Assembly (NCBI RefSeq): GCF_032191835.1
Contig: NC_083243.1
Coordinates: forward strand, 32,364,001-32,428,000
Direction of reading: 5' to 3'
Length of the DNA stretch: 64,000 nt
Source: Heteronotia binoei
Taxonomy: Eukaryota
The notes below the pieces were generated by a model, which did no database searches, had not been told where the DNA came from, and saw nothing but the letters and a program-made list of their open reading frames with translations. Each line of letters opens with the position of its first letter. Position 1 is the first letter of the stretch. Both the position numbers and the translations under genes were made by a program. Shown here one piece after another: positions 47,208-60,609 of the stretch.

Positions 47208-48384
47208 CCTCCTGAGCCAGTAGGAAGGTACTTTCAGGGTAGGGAAAGGAACATAATAACATAAGAAAATCTCTGCTGGTTCAGACCAGTGGTCTGTCTA
47301 GTCCAGCATCCTGTTTCACACAGTTGCCAACCAGTTAAAATGGAGGGCCAACAATAGGGCATAGAAGCCAAGGCCTTCCCCAGTGTTGACTCCAGGCACA
47401 GAGGTTTGTTGCCTCTGAACATGGGAGTTCTCTTTAATCACCAGGGCTAATATGTCTGTGGCTGTCACTACATCATCTGGCAGTGAATTCGTGATCCCTG
47501 CCCCCAGCTACAGTTTTCATGCCCTCTTAAATACCATTTAAGAGGGTCTGCTAATGTCCCGAAGCAACTTTTCAGGAGTTCAAGAGGCTACAGCCGGAAG
47601 GAGGAGTGGACAAGTCCCTTGGCTCATGCAAAACTCTGCCCTGGATTTTAAGGACTTCCAGGAGACACTGGAGAAATTATGTCCAGGGTGTTTTTTGTGG
47701 CAGGTACTCCTTTGCATATTAGACCATACACCCCTGATGTAGCCAATCCTCCTGGAGCTAAGAGTCCTGTAAGTTCTTGGAGATTGGCTACATCAGGGGT
47801 GTGTGGCCTAATATGCAAAGGAGTTCCTGCTACAAAAAGTGCCCTGCCATCTGTAACATAATGAATATTTTTACCATTTTGTTTTAACTACTATGTTGTT
47901 AGCTGCCCTGAGCCCTGCTCACTGGGAATAGTGACATATAAATGAAATATAATCAATAAATAGTTGCTACTGGTATTTTTAATTTACTTCTTTCTTTTTT
48001 TGTCATTGTTATGCCATTTTGTACTGTTTCCATGTAGGCCACGTGTTGTATGCTACTTATAAGAAATGGATATAAAAACACTACCCTCCCCTTAAAACTA
48101 ATGAAAAATTTCAACATGAGGAACCAGGAAGAGTCATGAAAATAAAGATTAAGATGCTTAGTTTTTCTCAAGACAGTAATGAGATCAGAATAGGGATTTA
48201 TTCTTTGCATGTCTGTTAACCTCTTTGTTGTTCTGTAATATTTATTTATTTAGACAACTTCTGTGCCACCTCTACATAGAGCCTGCACTAAAGCTGTCTG
48301 GTGACAGATGACCCTTTGCCATTTGGAATTCATATATTGACATTCATGTATTAAGTATGTATCAGCTTGAATCTTGCGGGACGG

Positions 48385-48580
48385 GGCCTGGCTCAGTGTT
48401 AGAGCAACTGTTTTGCATGCAGAAGGTCCCAGGTTCATTCCTTGGCATCGCCAGTTAACAGGATAAAGTACTGGTGATGTGAAAGACCTCTGCTTGAAAC
48501 CACAGGGCACTGCTGAGTGGACAATACTGACCCTGATGGACTGGTGGTCTAAGTCAGTATAAAACAGCTTCATGTGAATG
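48385..48580 (+). mobile_element. tRNA-derived SINE (tRNA-Cys-like head; Squam2-like). Other copies at 25180-25330, 34995-35256, 53920-54132 (minus) and 57130-57215 (minus)
   Basis: A box tggctcagtgttagagc, B box ggttcattcc, conserved 3' body ...gacaatactgaccctgatgg...cagcttcatgtg. Confidence 0.75.
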
Positions 48581-49135
48581 TAACACACACTGGCCAGTTG
48601 GCTGATTTTAACATTCAGCTATTTTGTTTTGTTTAACTGTTCCTGAGAAGAAAAGATGACTCTGTTCATTATTGGAATTTGTGCACAGGGAAAGATAGGT
48701 AATTTCCCACTAGCATGATTGTCAAATAATATTGGTTGCGATGGGTGATGTTTCTGGTTTACCTGTTTCCCAAATCTGTGGAAACCTTTCTTTCTTTATT
48801 TACTTACTTGCTGACTTTATAGCCTGCCTTTTCCACTGACGCTCGAAGCAGATTACAAACTACAGAAAGTGATTTGGTCAGGCAGCAAAAGATGTCTAAT
48901 AAGAACGCAACAAGACTAGGATTACAGAAATTAGGAAATTATGCAACCAGAAAACTAAGGCAAGACCGAGCATAAACAATGAGTAGAGTTGCTTACAAAG
49001 GCACAAGGCAGTCCAGTAAAAGCAAGATGATATATGAGCACACTATTTTAACAACTAGACCTCCTTCTAAACTACGTAAGAGAATGCAACTGTATTATTA
49101 ATTAATACGACATCTTGTTAATAACTGTTATGACC

Positions 49136-49340
49136 TGACTAAGATAGCCCAGGCTAGCTTGATCTCTTCAGAACTTGGCAGTTTTGCAGGGTCGGTCCTG
49201 GTTAGTACTTAGATGGGAGACCACCAAGGAAGTCCAGGGTTGCTACACAGAGGCAGGCAATGGCAAATCATCCCTGAATGTCTCTTGCCATGAAAACCCC
49301 CCGGGGTCACTATAAATCAGCTGGGACTTGATGACAATAA
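49136..49340 (+). mobile_element. 5S-derived SINE with BovB-like tail (others at 11872 partial, 59786-59975 and 60165-60330)
   Basis: cagggtcggtcctggttagtacttagatgggagacc (5S box C region) plus ggcaatggcaaa...gaaaaccc. Confidence 0.8.
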
Positions 49341-51032
49341 CGAAACAACTCTTGACCATCTCTGCTGGAAAGGAAAGTAGGGTAGGCTGGTCTGCATCTC
49401 TGATAAAGCTTTCCTACTCAATAGCACAAGATAGTGGCATTTAATTTCAGCACAAAAATATAATGAGTTGGATGCATGTGTGAGCATGAACCCTGAAAAA
49501 CCCAGTGAGCAGTTTGCAGGTTACCTCAGTTGTGTGTGAATGGTAAACACATGCGCTGTCTCTAATCACAGTTTAGCAACTGTTGATATCAATTGGATCA
49601 CAGGTACTGTATACTCCCATTTTGTGTGGCTGGTAGGCTTCTGGTATGCATGATTTAACATTTTTAAAGGACTCGGGTCTCAACTGCATGGGCTTTGGAA
49701 CTGGCCATAAGGACTGGATTTTTTTTTTTTTAAATCTAAGTATGCAAAATACAATTGTTAATCCATAATGGATCTGGCTGTAGTTAGTAACATTATTATT
49801 CACGTTGCTGAATAATACACAAACACATTCAGAAGCATGTTGTATCTTGATAGGCAATTATACATTGTGTATTTAGACAACCAAAAAAAAAAAAAAGAAC
49901 GAAAGGAAGAAAACTTAATCACAGCCCATTTAAAAGCAAACAAGGTGTTATACTAGAGAAGCATAATTCTTCTGTAATATGCGATCATATTTAACTTTTG
50001 AAAATGAGGCTCAACAGCTACAGCATGTGAAATGGCAAGTCATGCCCAAGATAATGTCTCAGGGACAATGTGTACATGTACAATATGTATGCTTTGGGTC
50101 CTGAGACGCTCAAGATAAACATGGGTATATTAATATTCAAATAAATGCATGCATAAATACAAGCCCTGCTCTCTGTGCTCCTATCTTCAGAGATGTGGTG
50201 ACTAAAGAACTGGCATTTTCCAAAGCTTTTGTTTTGTAGCAGGAACTCCTTTGCATATTAGGTCACACTCCTCTGATGTAGCCAATCCTCCATGAGCTTA
50301 CAGGGCTCTTAGTACAGGGCCTACTGTAAGCTCCAGGAGGATTGGCTACATCAGGGAGGGATGGCCTAATATGCAAAGGAGTTCCTGCTACAAAAAAAGC
50401 CCTGGCATTTCCAGTTACGGCACCTTGTCTTTAAGATGCTCTCTACTGCCTACCACAATATCTTCTAGGTGCCAGGCAAAAATGTTTCATTTTTACTCAG
50501 AGTTTAACTTGTGAATTAATGCCCTCCAAGATGTCCTATTGTTAACCGCTTTGTTCAGGTCATGCAAAGTGAGGACTATGTTGGGTCTTCCTCTTTTCCT
50601 GCTGCCTTCAACTTTTCCTGCCTCATTGTCTTTTCCAGGGACTCTTGTCTTGTTCTGTTTTTAGCTCTTTTATGGGCTGCTTATAGTCTGAAATTTGTTT
50701 TATGGCTATTGTATTGTTTTTATGTCCCTTGCTTACAGGGAGGGCAGGTGTCCTGCTCCCAGCACCCAACTCTCATTCCCTGCCACTGCTTCACAGGGTG
50801 GCAGGGGAAAATGGGGAGGGGGGGGTCACCAGCATCATTGTTGACCCAGTTCAACATTGTTGGCCCAGCTACAATAGTGGTTTGGGTCAGGCCAAGGCAG
50901 ATTGAAGTGGTCATAAATAGGGATGAGTACAAACCAGCTCTCAAAACGAAGTTCATGATGAATTTTGTCCGGTGTCAGGATACATGCCATGTCCCCTGCC
51001 ATATTTTCCTGTTGCTAATTTGGGTGAGCTGT

Positions 51033-51408
51033 TGTAATGTGGTGTATCTAAAGTCCTTGGGATGGCTGGTGAGAGGCCTGTGAATACTCCTCTGTGAATG
51101 CTCTCCTCCCCCTCGCATCATCTGGACCTGAAGGAGGAAAGTAGCCTTAGAGATAAGACTCTGTGGTCTCCCTGACCTGTCTCCTGGAATGTTTATGTTA
51201 ATAGGGAACTGTCTTTTTGAGTGTTTAAGTTAGCGGGGTCTGGGAAGGGGGAAATCTCACGCTTTTGGGCTATTTAGTGGTGCCTGTATCATATGTCTTT
51301 ATTCCTAGCAATGCCTCTCTAAAGGAGAGGTTCAGTACTTGTAGCAATTCAATAAAGCTTCACCTATATTCATATAGTATATCTGAGTGTTACTTGGCAA
51401 ACCTCACA
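51033..51408 (+). mobile_element. Possible solo LTR
   Basis: TGTAATG...CTCACA ends, AATAAA about 55 bp from the end, flanks GCTGT/GCTGG (4/5). Confidence 0.45.
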
Positions 51409-54298
51409 GCTGGTCTGTGGTTCGCGAGCTGAAATTCATGAACTAAAGAGCTGCCACAAGCTTCCATGAATTCTAAGGCAGTTTGTGGTGGCTTGTGGCA
51501 ATTTATGGACAGCGGAAAGCAGGTGTTTAAATGGCTCCAAGCCATCTAATCCCCATGCTTTCTGCTCCCCACCACTCAGCTGTTTTTCATGGGGAGCAGA
51601 AAGCAAGGGTCACAAACCTATGTGGACTGGTTCAGTTTGTGAGCCAACCTTCCAATTTGTATCAGCTCATTATTTGCTTCATGGTTTGGCTATGAACAAC
51701 AAACCAAACTGAGCTGCACAAATGTGGCTTGTGTCCATTCCTAGTCAGAAACACAGATCGCTATCTTTCTTTCCCTAAACTGTGCACCTAATCCAGTATG
51801 ATATACTGTGAGGTAAATAGGAAAGTCTGATTACGATAGAAACACCCATATGAAATCCTAGTGCAGAAGAGACCGAGTGGAGTAAAGACTGCCAACCAAC
51901 ACTTGGAAAGGCAAGAGGCGAAGAAATGAAAGGCCACTGGAAAAAAATGCTAAGTTCTCTGCTGTAGAATATTATCCCTAGTGGCAATAAATGCCCTAGA
52001 GTACAAAACATCTTAACTCTGCCTCCCGCAGACCTTTAGTTTAGATCAATGTTGTCGACAAGAACCTTTTCAAAGTTCTGCCTCCCCATCTGAAGCAAGT
52101 CTGGTCCCCTTATCATTGATCCAGACCAGATTGGTTTTATTAAAAACAGAAGTTCCTCCCACGACATGTGGCGATTATTTAGCACTCTGCGTTTTTCCTG
52201 TAAATACCATGAAGCACTGTTAGCCCTCAGTCTGTACAACAGAAAGTGCTGGCGAGCTTGCAAATTAAAAGAAGAGCTATTTCTAGTGTACGCGTTTCAA
52301 GTCTGCTTGATGCCTACTTCACTTTAGTCATTGGGGGGAGGGGTGACCAGATGATCAGGTGCTTGATGTAGAGAGCGAGAGAAGGGAAAATGGAAAGGTT
52401 GCAAAAGAGATGGTCAGATGGGGTTTAGCTACTGGACTGTGAAAGAAAGAGCATGCTGTCTACATGTATATTGCTGTATGTACCTATATGTATAATCATC
52501 CATTGTGCTGAACTACTACACTTGGATTCCATTACAGTTCTCATACCAAATAACTTTCCACAGGGCTTTTTTTGGTAGAAAAAGCCCAGCAGGGATTCAT
52601 TTGCATATTAGGCCACACCCCCTGACATCACCATTGTTTCATACAGGGCTTTCTTGTAGAAAAAGCCCTGCAGGAACTCATTTGCATATGATCTCCTCCA
52701 TCTGGAAATCTGTTGTAATTCTGGGAGCTCTCCAGGCCCCACCTGGAGTTGGCAACCCTAGTTCACACTTGTCTTACTGTTGCTGTGGGTGAGCAAAGTT
52801 TATAGGCCTTTGCAATGTTTCAGTATACAAGCAATAGTTCTCCCTTCCTCATTACAGTCTCGCAACAAATTGTAAGGTAGATTAGGGAGACAGGATAGTT
52901 CAGGAAGACTAAGCGACCTGCGTGACAGTGAGGATTCAAACCCAGGTCTCTCTGCTCTTACTCCAACAATCTAATTATGACACCACAATGGCAACAGGGC
53001 CGACAAGAAGAAAGGAGTCTTTTTCTGTCTGAGAAGAGAAAAATGAAAATTGAGTGACTTGGCATAAGGTCATAGGGAGTCAAGTTTCTGAACCCAGAAG
53101 GCTTGTGCCTTAGGTGTGAAATAACAAAACCTTCATTCTTCATGCTAGCATCTGTATCATTCCAAATGCTGCCTTGTAAAGTTTCTGGGTTTTCCCCCAT
53201 AGCCTTTTCCTGTCAGGACCACTGCATGTGAAGCTGGTGTTTTGTCCCTTCCCTCTGGCCAGCTGATGCTGGGAATCCTCTGTTTACACTGCCAATAGGA
53301 ACCTGGGAATTAACGTTTATGGTTTCTCATCCTTTTAAAAAGATGCACTTCAATAACGTTGTGCAACAGCAAGGAGAACAGGATGGCAACAGGCATTTGT
53401 TCTCAGCTCTTTCAAATCTGTCGCCTTTTGAAATTTCATTTCATGGTGACACTTTTTGAAAAATTACAGGACTGGGTGAAGAAGGCATATTCTGGCATGC
53501 ATAACTTTAGAGATTTTTTGGGGGGGTTGTGTTTCTTCATGTTTTCTTTCAAGTAAAATAATTTTCATTTCACTCACATCTGTTTTTGTATAGAGCATCA
53601 TATGCCATGCATAGAAAAAGGCAGAGGAAATGTTTCATCCCACCCTCAAATGGTTCTCTGAGCTTGTAATTATGTTGGGATAATATATTTTTGGTGTTAA
53701 AGGATATTGCAGTTTTGCTTTGGTTTGTTCTATAGGCTCAGGGAAGATGGAAGGTCCTCTCTGGTATGCTGCTGTTCATACTCAGGAGTGACACCCAAAC
53801 TGACGTCAGGCAATCTAGATGTAGTTGCTCTGCAGCAAGAGGAAATAGAGCAGTGGAAGAGGCAACTCTCAGTTGAATCCAGAAACAGGCATAGCGGGGG
53901 TGGCTCTCTCACAAAGGACATATGAACATGTGAAGCTGCCTTATACTGAATCAGACCCTCGGCCCATCAAAGTCAGCATCGTCTACTCAGACTGGCAGTG
54001 GCTTTCCAGGGTCCCAAGCTGAGGTTTTTCATGCCTACTTGCCTGGACCCTTTTTAGTTGGAGATGCTGGGGATTGAACCTGGGACCTTCTGCTTACCAA
54101 GCAGATGCTCTACCAATGAGCCACTGTCCCTCCCCTAGGGGTTACCAATGCCAGAGTAGGAAATTCCTGGAGATTTGGGGGTGGGCCCTAAGGAGGACAA
54201 GATTTGGGGAGGGGAGGGATCCTCAGCAGGGTGTAATGCCATAGAATCCATTTTCCAAAGCAGCACCCCTGAAAGGTAAGTATGGGTGCATGCAAGAC

Positions 54299-56075
54299 AA
54301 TAATAATAATAATAATACCTTTTATTTATATCCCGCCCTCCCTGCCGAAGCAGGCTCAGGGCGGCTAACAACAAAATTCAATATACATAGTTCAAAACAA
54401 CGTTTTAAACCACAATTAATTAAAAGCTATTAAAATTCTAAAACAGTAAGATTAACATTTTGTGCTATTACCTGGATGGCGAACTTACTTAGCAGTTCTA
54501 GTCTGTGAAGGCCATTTGGAACAAGATGGTCTTGCAGGCCCTGCGGAATTGCTCAAAGTCCCGCAGGGCCCGCATTTCTTCTGGAATTGGTTCCATAACT
54601 GTGGGGCCATAACAGAAAGCCTGGGTACGGGTACTCTGAAGTTTTACCTCTTTTGGCCCGGGGATAGTCAGCAGGTTCTTCCCTGCTGACCTCAGTGCTC
54701 TCTGGGGTTCATGTGGGGAGAGATGGTCCCTAAGGTAGGCGGGTCCTCGGCCATATAGGGTTTTAAAGTTAATGACCAGCACTTTGTAACAAATCCGGTA
54801 AGTAACTGGTAGCCAGTGCAGTTCACGCAGTCCCGGCTGTATGTGCTCCGACTTTGGGAGCCCCAGCAGTAATCTAGCAGCCGCGTTCTGCACTAGCTGC
54901 AGCTTCCGGGTTCGGCACAGAGGCAGCCCCATGTAGAGGGCATTACAGTAATCTAATCTCGAGCTGATGGTTGCGTGGATCACTGTTGCCAGGTCCCGAC
55001 GCTCCAGGAAGGGAGCCAGCTGCCTCGCCCGCCTCTGGTGAAAAAAGGCTGACTTGGCAGTGGCTGCTATATGGGCCTCCATTGATAATGAAGGCTCCAG
55101 TAGAACTCCCAGGCTCTTGACCCGGCGTCAAAAACCGGGAGAGATATTTCTCCTCCCAGAGCGCCCCGACCTAAGCAAAGGACCTCTGTCTTCGCTGGAT
55201 TCAGTTTCAGCCCACTCAGTCTTAACCAAGTTGCCACAGCCTGCAGTGCCAGGTCCAAATTCTCTGGAACGCATCCAGGCCGGCCGTCCATCAGCAAATA
55301 GAGCTGGGTGTCATCTGCACATTGGTGACACCCAAGCCCATACCTCCTGGCAATCAGGGCAAGGGGGCGCATATAGATATTAAATAGCATTGGTGATAGA
55401 ACTGCTCCCTGAGGCACATCACAATGTAGTGTGCGTCTCTGGGAGAGCTCTCCCTTGATTGCCACCCTTTGTCCCCGATCCTCGAGGAAGGAGGAAAGCC
55501 ATTGTAAGGCCAACCCCCCAACCCTGACATTGGCGAGGCGGTGGGTCAGTAGCCGGTGGTCGACCGTATTGAATGCGGCCAACAGATCTAACAGCATCAG
55601 CACCGCCACACCGCCTCGATCCAGATGCCGCTGGAGGTCATCCGCTAAGGCGACCAGCACTGTCTCCATCCCATAGCCTGGGCGAAAGTCGGACTGGCAA
55701 GGGTCTAGGACAGAAGCGTCATCCAGAAAGCCCTGCAACTGCAACGCCACTGCCCTCTCTATAATTTTACCTAAAAACGGTAAATTCGAGACCGGTTGGT
55801 AGTTTGCCAATTTGGCAGGGTCTGCTGTACTCTTTTTCAGGAGGGGATGGACCAGGGCCTCTTTTAGGGGCGTTGGAAAGCGCCCCTCCAGGAGGGATCT
55901 ATTTATGATGTCCCCTAAAGGACATCCAAGCTCCCTCAGGCAAGGTTTAATCAGCCAAGAGGGGCACGGGTCCAAATCACAAGTTGTTGGGCGTGCAGAG
56001 GAGAGAATTCCGTCGACTTCCTCCAAGACAGCATGGATAAAAGTTTCTTGCCTGCCAGTATCATGGTTAAAAGAG
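54299..56075 (-). mobile_element. 5'-truncated L2-clade LINE (RT plus C-terminus), inactivated
   Basis: ORF 55067-56026 (DPCPSW...YQPVSNLPFLGKIIER...VPQGAVLSPMLFNIY...ADDTQLY) and ORF 54498-55082 (SRLDYCNALY...LQLVQNAAAR...LHWLP) are separated by a frameshift. The 3' UTR ends gggcgggatataaataaa plus (TAT)n. Confidence 0.95.
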
Positions 56076-56085
56076 GCCTACATAC

Positions 56086-56384
56086 ATTGTGACGCAGAGT
56101 GGTAAAGCTGCAGTACTGCAGTTGGAGCCTTCTGCTCATGACCTGAGTTCGATCCCAGCGGAAGCTGGTTCAGGTAGCCGGCTCGTGGTTGAATCAACCT
56201 TCCATCCTTCCGAGGTTGGTAAGATGAGTACCCAGCTTGCTGGGGGGAAAGTGTAGATGACTGGGGAAGGCAATGGCAAACCACCTCATAAAAAAAAGTC
56301 TGCTGTGAAAACGTTGTGAAAGCAAAGTCACCCCAGAGTCGAAACCAACTGGTGCTTGCACAGGGGACTATCTTTACCTTTTTT
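56086..56384 (+). mobile_element. Sauria SINE, full length
   Basis: gtgacgcagagtgg A box, gagttcgatccc B box, tail gcacaggggactatctttacc. Confidence 0.9.
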
Positions 56385-56479
56385 TACATACATGTGAATG
56401 CAGGAAGCTGCTTCACAGGTCGGTGTACTCTGACCAGCAGTGGCTCTCTTGGGTCTCAGGTAGAAGTCTTTCCAATAAC

Positions 56480-56796
56480 CAGGGCTTTTTTTGAGCAGGA
56501 ATGCACAGAAATGCAATTCTGGCTGGCTTGGCATCAGGGGGTGTGGCCTAATATACAAATGAGTTCCTGCTGGGCTTTTTCTACAAAAAAAGCCCTGCCC
56601 ATAACCATGGCTTTTTTTGGTAGAAAAAGTCCAGCAGGAACTCAATTGCATATTAGGCCACACCCCTGATGTCACCACTGTTTCACATAGGGCTTTTTGT
56701 AGAAAAAGCCCAGCAGGAATTCATTTAGGCCACATCCCCTGACACCAAGCCAGCCGGAACTGCGTTCCTGTGCATTCCTGCTCAACCCCCCCCCTG
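56480..56796. mobile_element. Two adjacent octamer-type hAT MITEs in opposite orientation (56480-56597 and 56606-56796)
   Basis: Separated and flanked by the related 8-mers CCAATAAC, CCCATAAC and ATCATAAC. Confidence 0.85.
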
Positions 56797-56807
56797 ATCA
56801 TAACTAA

Positions 56808-57124
56808 TGTTATGCGTTATGTCTGTTAATGTGGGTAGGCCTGAGTTTGAAGCATGCTTCCATTAATCTTCAGGATCCTGATGCCTGCATTCTGGTTGTC
56901 CATTCTCTTAGAACCTGCCAATCGGGATGTGAGGCATTTCTTCCAGGAAATGCAAATGAAGGATTCTGAAGAGACCAATAGGAGGGATTGATGCCAACGA
57001 AAGGGGACGTGTTTTACTCGGCCACAGTGTATATGTTGAGTTGAGTCGCCTGTGTTGTTTACGACTGTTTCTTCTTGAATAAACTGTTGCTGCTTACTTA
57101 AGAGCTGACTGAATTCACTTTACA
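56808..57124 (+). mobile_element. Possible solo LTR
   Basis: TG...CA ends, two CCAAT boxes, TATA-like tgtatat and AATAAA. No TSD found. Confidence 0.45.
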
Positions 57125-58195
57125 ATGACTATGTTCCTTTATCTGAAGATGTCAATGTCAACCTGAGACCTTCTGCATGCAAAGCACATGTTGTATGGCT
57201 GAGCCATAGTCCCTCCCCCCAATGTTTTAACTGGAGATGGTTTGTGATGGCAGATCAGGATCTGGGCAAGGCAACAGAAGCTGAATGCCCCATCGTATTA
57301 CTTTGGGAGAGGTAACAGACCCCCAACCATTAGGAATCACAGTATTTTTTCTAATAGTGGCTCAGCAAAACACAGCCAAGTGTCTCTTGTTGATGTAATT
57401 TCTTTTTGCCTTCTCTTCCTTAGATCTTAACTTCCCCTTCTCAGGTTTTGAAGGTGAATGTAGGCCCTTCTTCCTTTTAGGTAACTGAATGATGGATGGC
57501 TAAAAGTGCCAAATGGACTCTGCCAAGAACCAAAATCCTTTAATTACTCACAGAACAGGTTTGGCTGGACAAAAAAAAAGTCCACGTTCTTTTGAGGTCA
57601 TCTTTCTTTTCATCGGTTCTCAGAACTGGCCTCTTAAGTAAGAATGTGATTCTGTATTCTAGGACCCAACAGGTTTCTAGGCGAGGCTATAAATCAGTGT
57701 ACCCTAAAACTGTCTCAATAGGAGATGAGAAAGATGGCTTTATGAGTCCAACACATGACTTGGACCTAGAGTAATGTTTGAGTGGGCTGAAGGGGACTTC
57801 CATCTATGCAATGTGATTTTTCCATCTCCCCTCTTCCTGAGTTAACTTGAAGTAGCCCCTGAAATCTTGTTCCTGGGGAGGAAGATTCCTCAGCACAGAG
57901 GAAGGCTTTTGATTGTGGTAGTAGTAGGGCTGCCAGTTCTGTGTGGGGTAGGGGTGGGGCCTGGGGAGGATGGGGTTTGGGGAAGGGAGGGACTTCAGCA
58001 GGGTATGATGCCATGGTTTCCACCCTCCAAAGCAGTCATTTTCTCCAGAGGAACTGATCTCTGCCCAGAGATCAATTGTAATAGTGGGAGATCTTCAGGC
58101 CCCACCTGGAGATTGGCATCCCTAGGTAGGATATAGACTACCACCACCATCATCTTATAGACTGCCTTCCTGCAGCAACAAACACCCATGTTACA

Positions 58196-58477
58196 TTCCC
58201 TCTGTGCAAGCCCCAGTTGTTTCCAACTTTGGGGTGACATCGCATCACGATGTTTTCACGGCAGACTTTTTACATGGTGGTTTGCCATCGCCTTCCCCAG
58301 TCATCTACACTTTACCCCCAGCAAGCTGGGTACTCATTTTACCGACCTCAGAAGGATAAAAGGCTGAGTCAACCTTGAGCCAGCTACCTGAACCCAGCTT
58401 CCACCGAGATTGAACTCAGGTTGTGAGCAGAGCTTATACTGCAGTACTGCAGCTTACCACTCTGCACCACGGGGCTC
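58196..58477 (-). mobile_element. Sauria SINE
   Basis: Head and body match the reverse complement of 56086-56384. Confidence 0.85.
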
Positions 58478-59427
58478 TTAATGGTACATTAAGCCCCTGT
58501 AATTTAACAAAACCTATCCATGCCTCCCCCATTGTACCCATATAAAGCAAAGACAGGAGTTGTGACTACATCTGTGTAAATTGTTCCTTGTCATGTGCAT
58601 GATCCCTTATTGCCTTCCCTGACCAAACAAATTTGTCTCTCTGCATTGGTTTCATCTAAAAAGCTCATCTGTCCTGACCTGGTGAGCCAGATGTACTTGC
58701 TTGCCGAGCCCTCATCCGCTTTTGAGCCTAATGCTGGTTTGCAGTGGAATCCACAGGCAAGCCTTGCTCCACAGTCACCATGTGCTGAAATGGCTCCACA
58801 AACAGAGCTTAATGGAAACTACCACTTGGAGAATGTGAGTGGAGCGGGTCCATTCTGATTTCAGCAAAAAGACGATGTGCTTAATTCACCAGCCTTCCAA
58901 ATCATGTTTTGACCCATGCTTCTAGTGTCCAGCTCTCTTTCAGAATATATACTGTCAAATAACTTCTTATTACACAGTTAAATGAGAGCATTAAGATGCC
59001 TTCGCTTAAATGGAAGCTCATACCTAATAAAAAAAGACAATTTATGAATTAATACATTTCAGTTGTATTAGTCAGATCTTATTTGCTCGTGTGCATTAAT
59101 GCCATTTGACACCACCATCTTCGCCTGTAGTTTATTCCATCTGCTTATGTCTTTCTAAAATAATACTGCTCCAAGCTCTTATTACATTGATTCCTTCTTA
59201 ACATAAACCTAAATCCCACAGTACAGGTTTCTGCAATGGCCTCAACTAGATCATGAGACTTAATTTCATAAAAACCCTTAACTCGTCAGTCACATCCTAA
59301 GCACCTTTGGTATTCCTAAAACCAAACACCCCCCATGACCCTAATTTCTTTCACTGGGTCTCATATTCTCAGACTGCAAACTTTGATACCTAATTTCACC
59401 ACTTTACAGTTGGCTTACTTTACATGA

Positions 59428-59712
59428 GAGAGCCCTTTGGCTCAGAGTGGTAAGTTGCAGTACTGCAGTCCAACCTGAGTTCGATCCTGGCAGAAGCGGG
59501 GTCCAGGTAGCTGTCTGAAGGTTGACAGCCTTCCATCCTTCCAAGGTAGATAAAATGATCACCCAGCTTGCTGGGGGTAAAGTGTAGATGACTGGGGAAG
59601 GCAATGGCAAACCGCCTTGTAAAAAGTCTGCTGTGAAAAACTTGCGATGCGACATCACCCCAGACTTGGAAATTACTGTTGCTTGCACAGGGGACTACCT
59701 TTACCTTTTTCT
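59428..59712 (+). mobile_element. Sauria SINE
   Basis: tggctcagagtgg A box, gagttcgatcc B box, ggggactacctttacc tail. Confidence 0.85.
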
Positions 59713-60329
59713 TTACATGGGAAGGGGGTTGGCTAGTCCCAATCTGTTGATATTGCTTTTCAAGACTGGTACTTATCTTCAAGCTCTGACCTGGATAACC
59801 TAGGCTAGCTGGATCTTGTCAGATCTCAGAAGCTAAACAGGGTTGGCCTTGGTTAGTCTTTGAATGAGAGACCACCAAGGAATCCCAAGGCTGCTCTGCA
59901 GAGGCAGGCAACGGCAACCCACTTCTGTTCATCTCTCACCTTGAAAACCTTATGGGATCTCCATAAACATCTTCATGGCATTTTTCACACGTACATACAC
60001 TTACCTTTAAAGCTGATCTGGAACAAACACACTTGAAGGACCCCCCTATCCAAGTACAAACCAGTGGCAGCTTTGTTTAGCACAAGTATTCCCTATAGTT
60101 CGGACACCTGCAAGGGGACAATCCACTGCTACCTGTTTGTAAATTTTTGGTACAGCTGCTCCAGCCCAGACTAGCTCAGGGTTGGCCCTGGACACTATTT
60201 GGATGGGAAACCTCCAAGGAATACCAGGGTCATGACACAGAGGTAGGCAATGGCAAACCACCTTTGAATGTTTCTTACCTTGAAAACTCTACAGGGTTGC
60301 TTTAAGTCAACGGTGACTTTACAGTACTT

Positions 60330-60390
60330 ACCACCACCACCACCACCACCACCACCACCACCACCACCACCACCACCACCACCACCACCA
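60330..60390. repeat. (CCA)n microsatellite
   Basis: About 20 units, following a 5S SINE tail. Confidence 0.95.
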
Positions 60391-60609
60391 GTTTTATGGG
60401 TTTTTCCCCTTGAGGGCTTATTTCCATGTGGACATTTTTCCATGTGGGTTTTTTCCTGTGGGCTTTTTTCTGGTTACCGTTTTATGGAATAACCTTGGAT
60501 ACCCCACTTTGTGGATGCCTTGAATTTGAAAACTTTCCCCTTCCAATTATTGCTTTACTGTTGTTTTTGGAATGATGTTTTTAGTACTGCTTTTGTTGTT
60601 GTTACCTGC

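Noticed and set aside
48385-48460. tRNA genes at SINE heads
   Set aside because: No complete cloverleaf or acceptor stem; each continues into a repeated SINE body.
53736-53763. 28-nt exon candidate (ctatag|...|gtatgc)
   Set aside because: Not frame-preserving; the ATG-led MEGPL similarity to PH-domain proteins ends at once.
54498-56026. Active reverse transcriptase gene
   Set aside because: 5'-truncated, frameshifted, and the catalytic YADD reads CADD.
60195-60492. Poly-Gly and poly-Pro ORFs
   Set aside because: Translation of the (CCA)n microsatellite.
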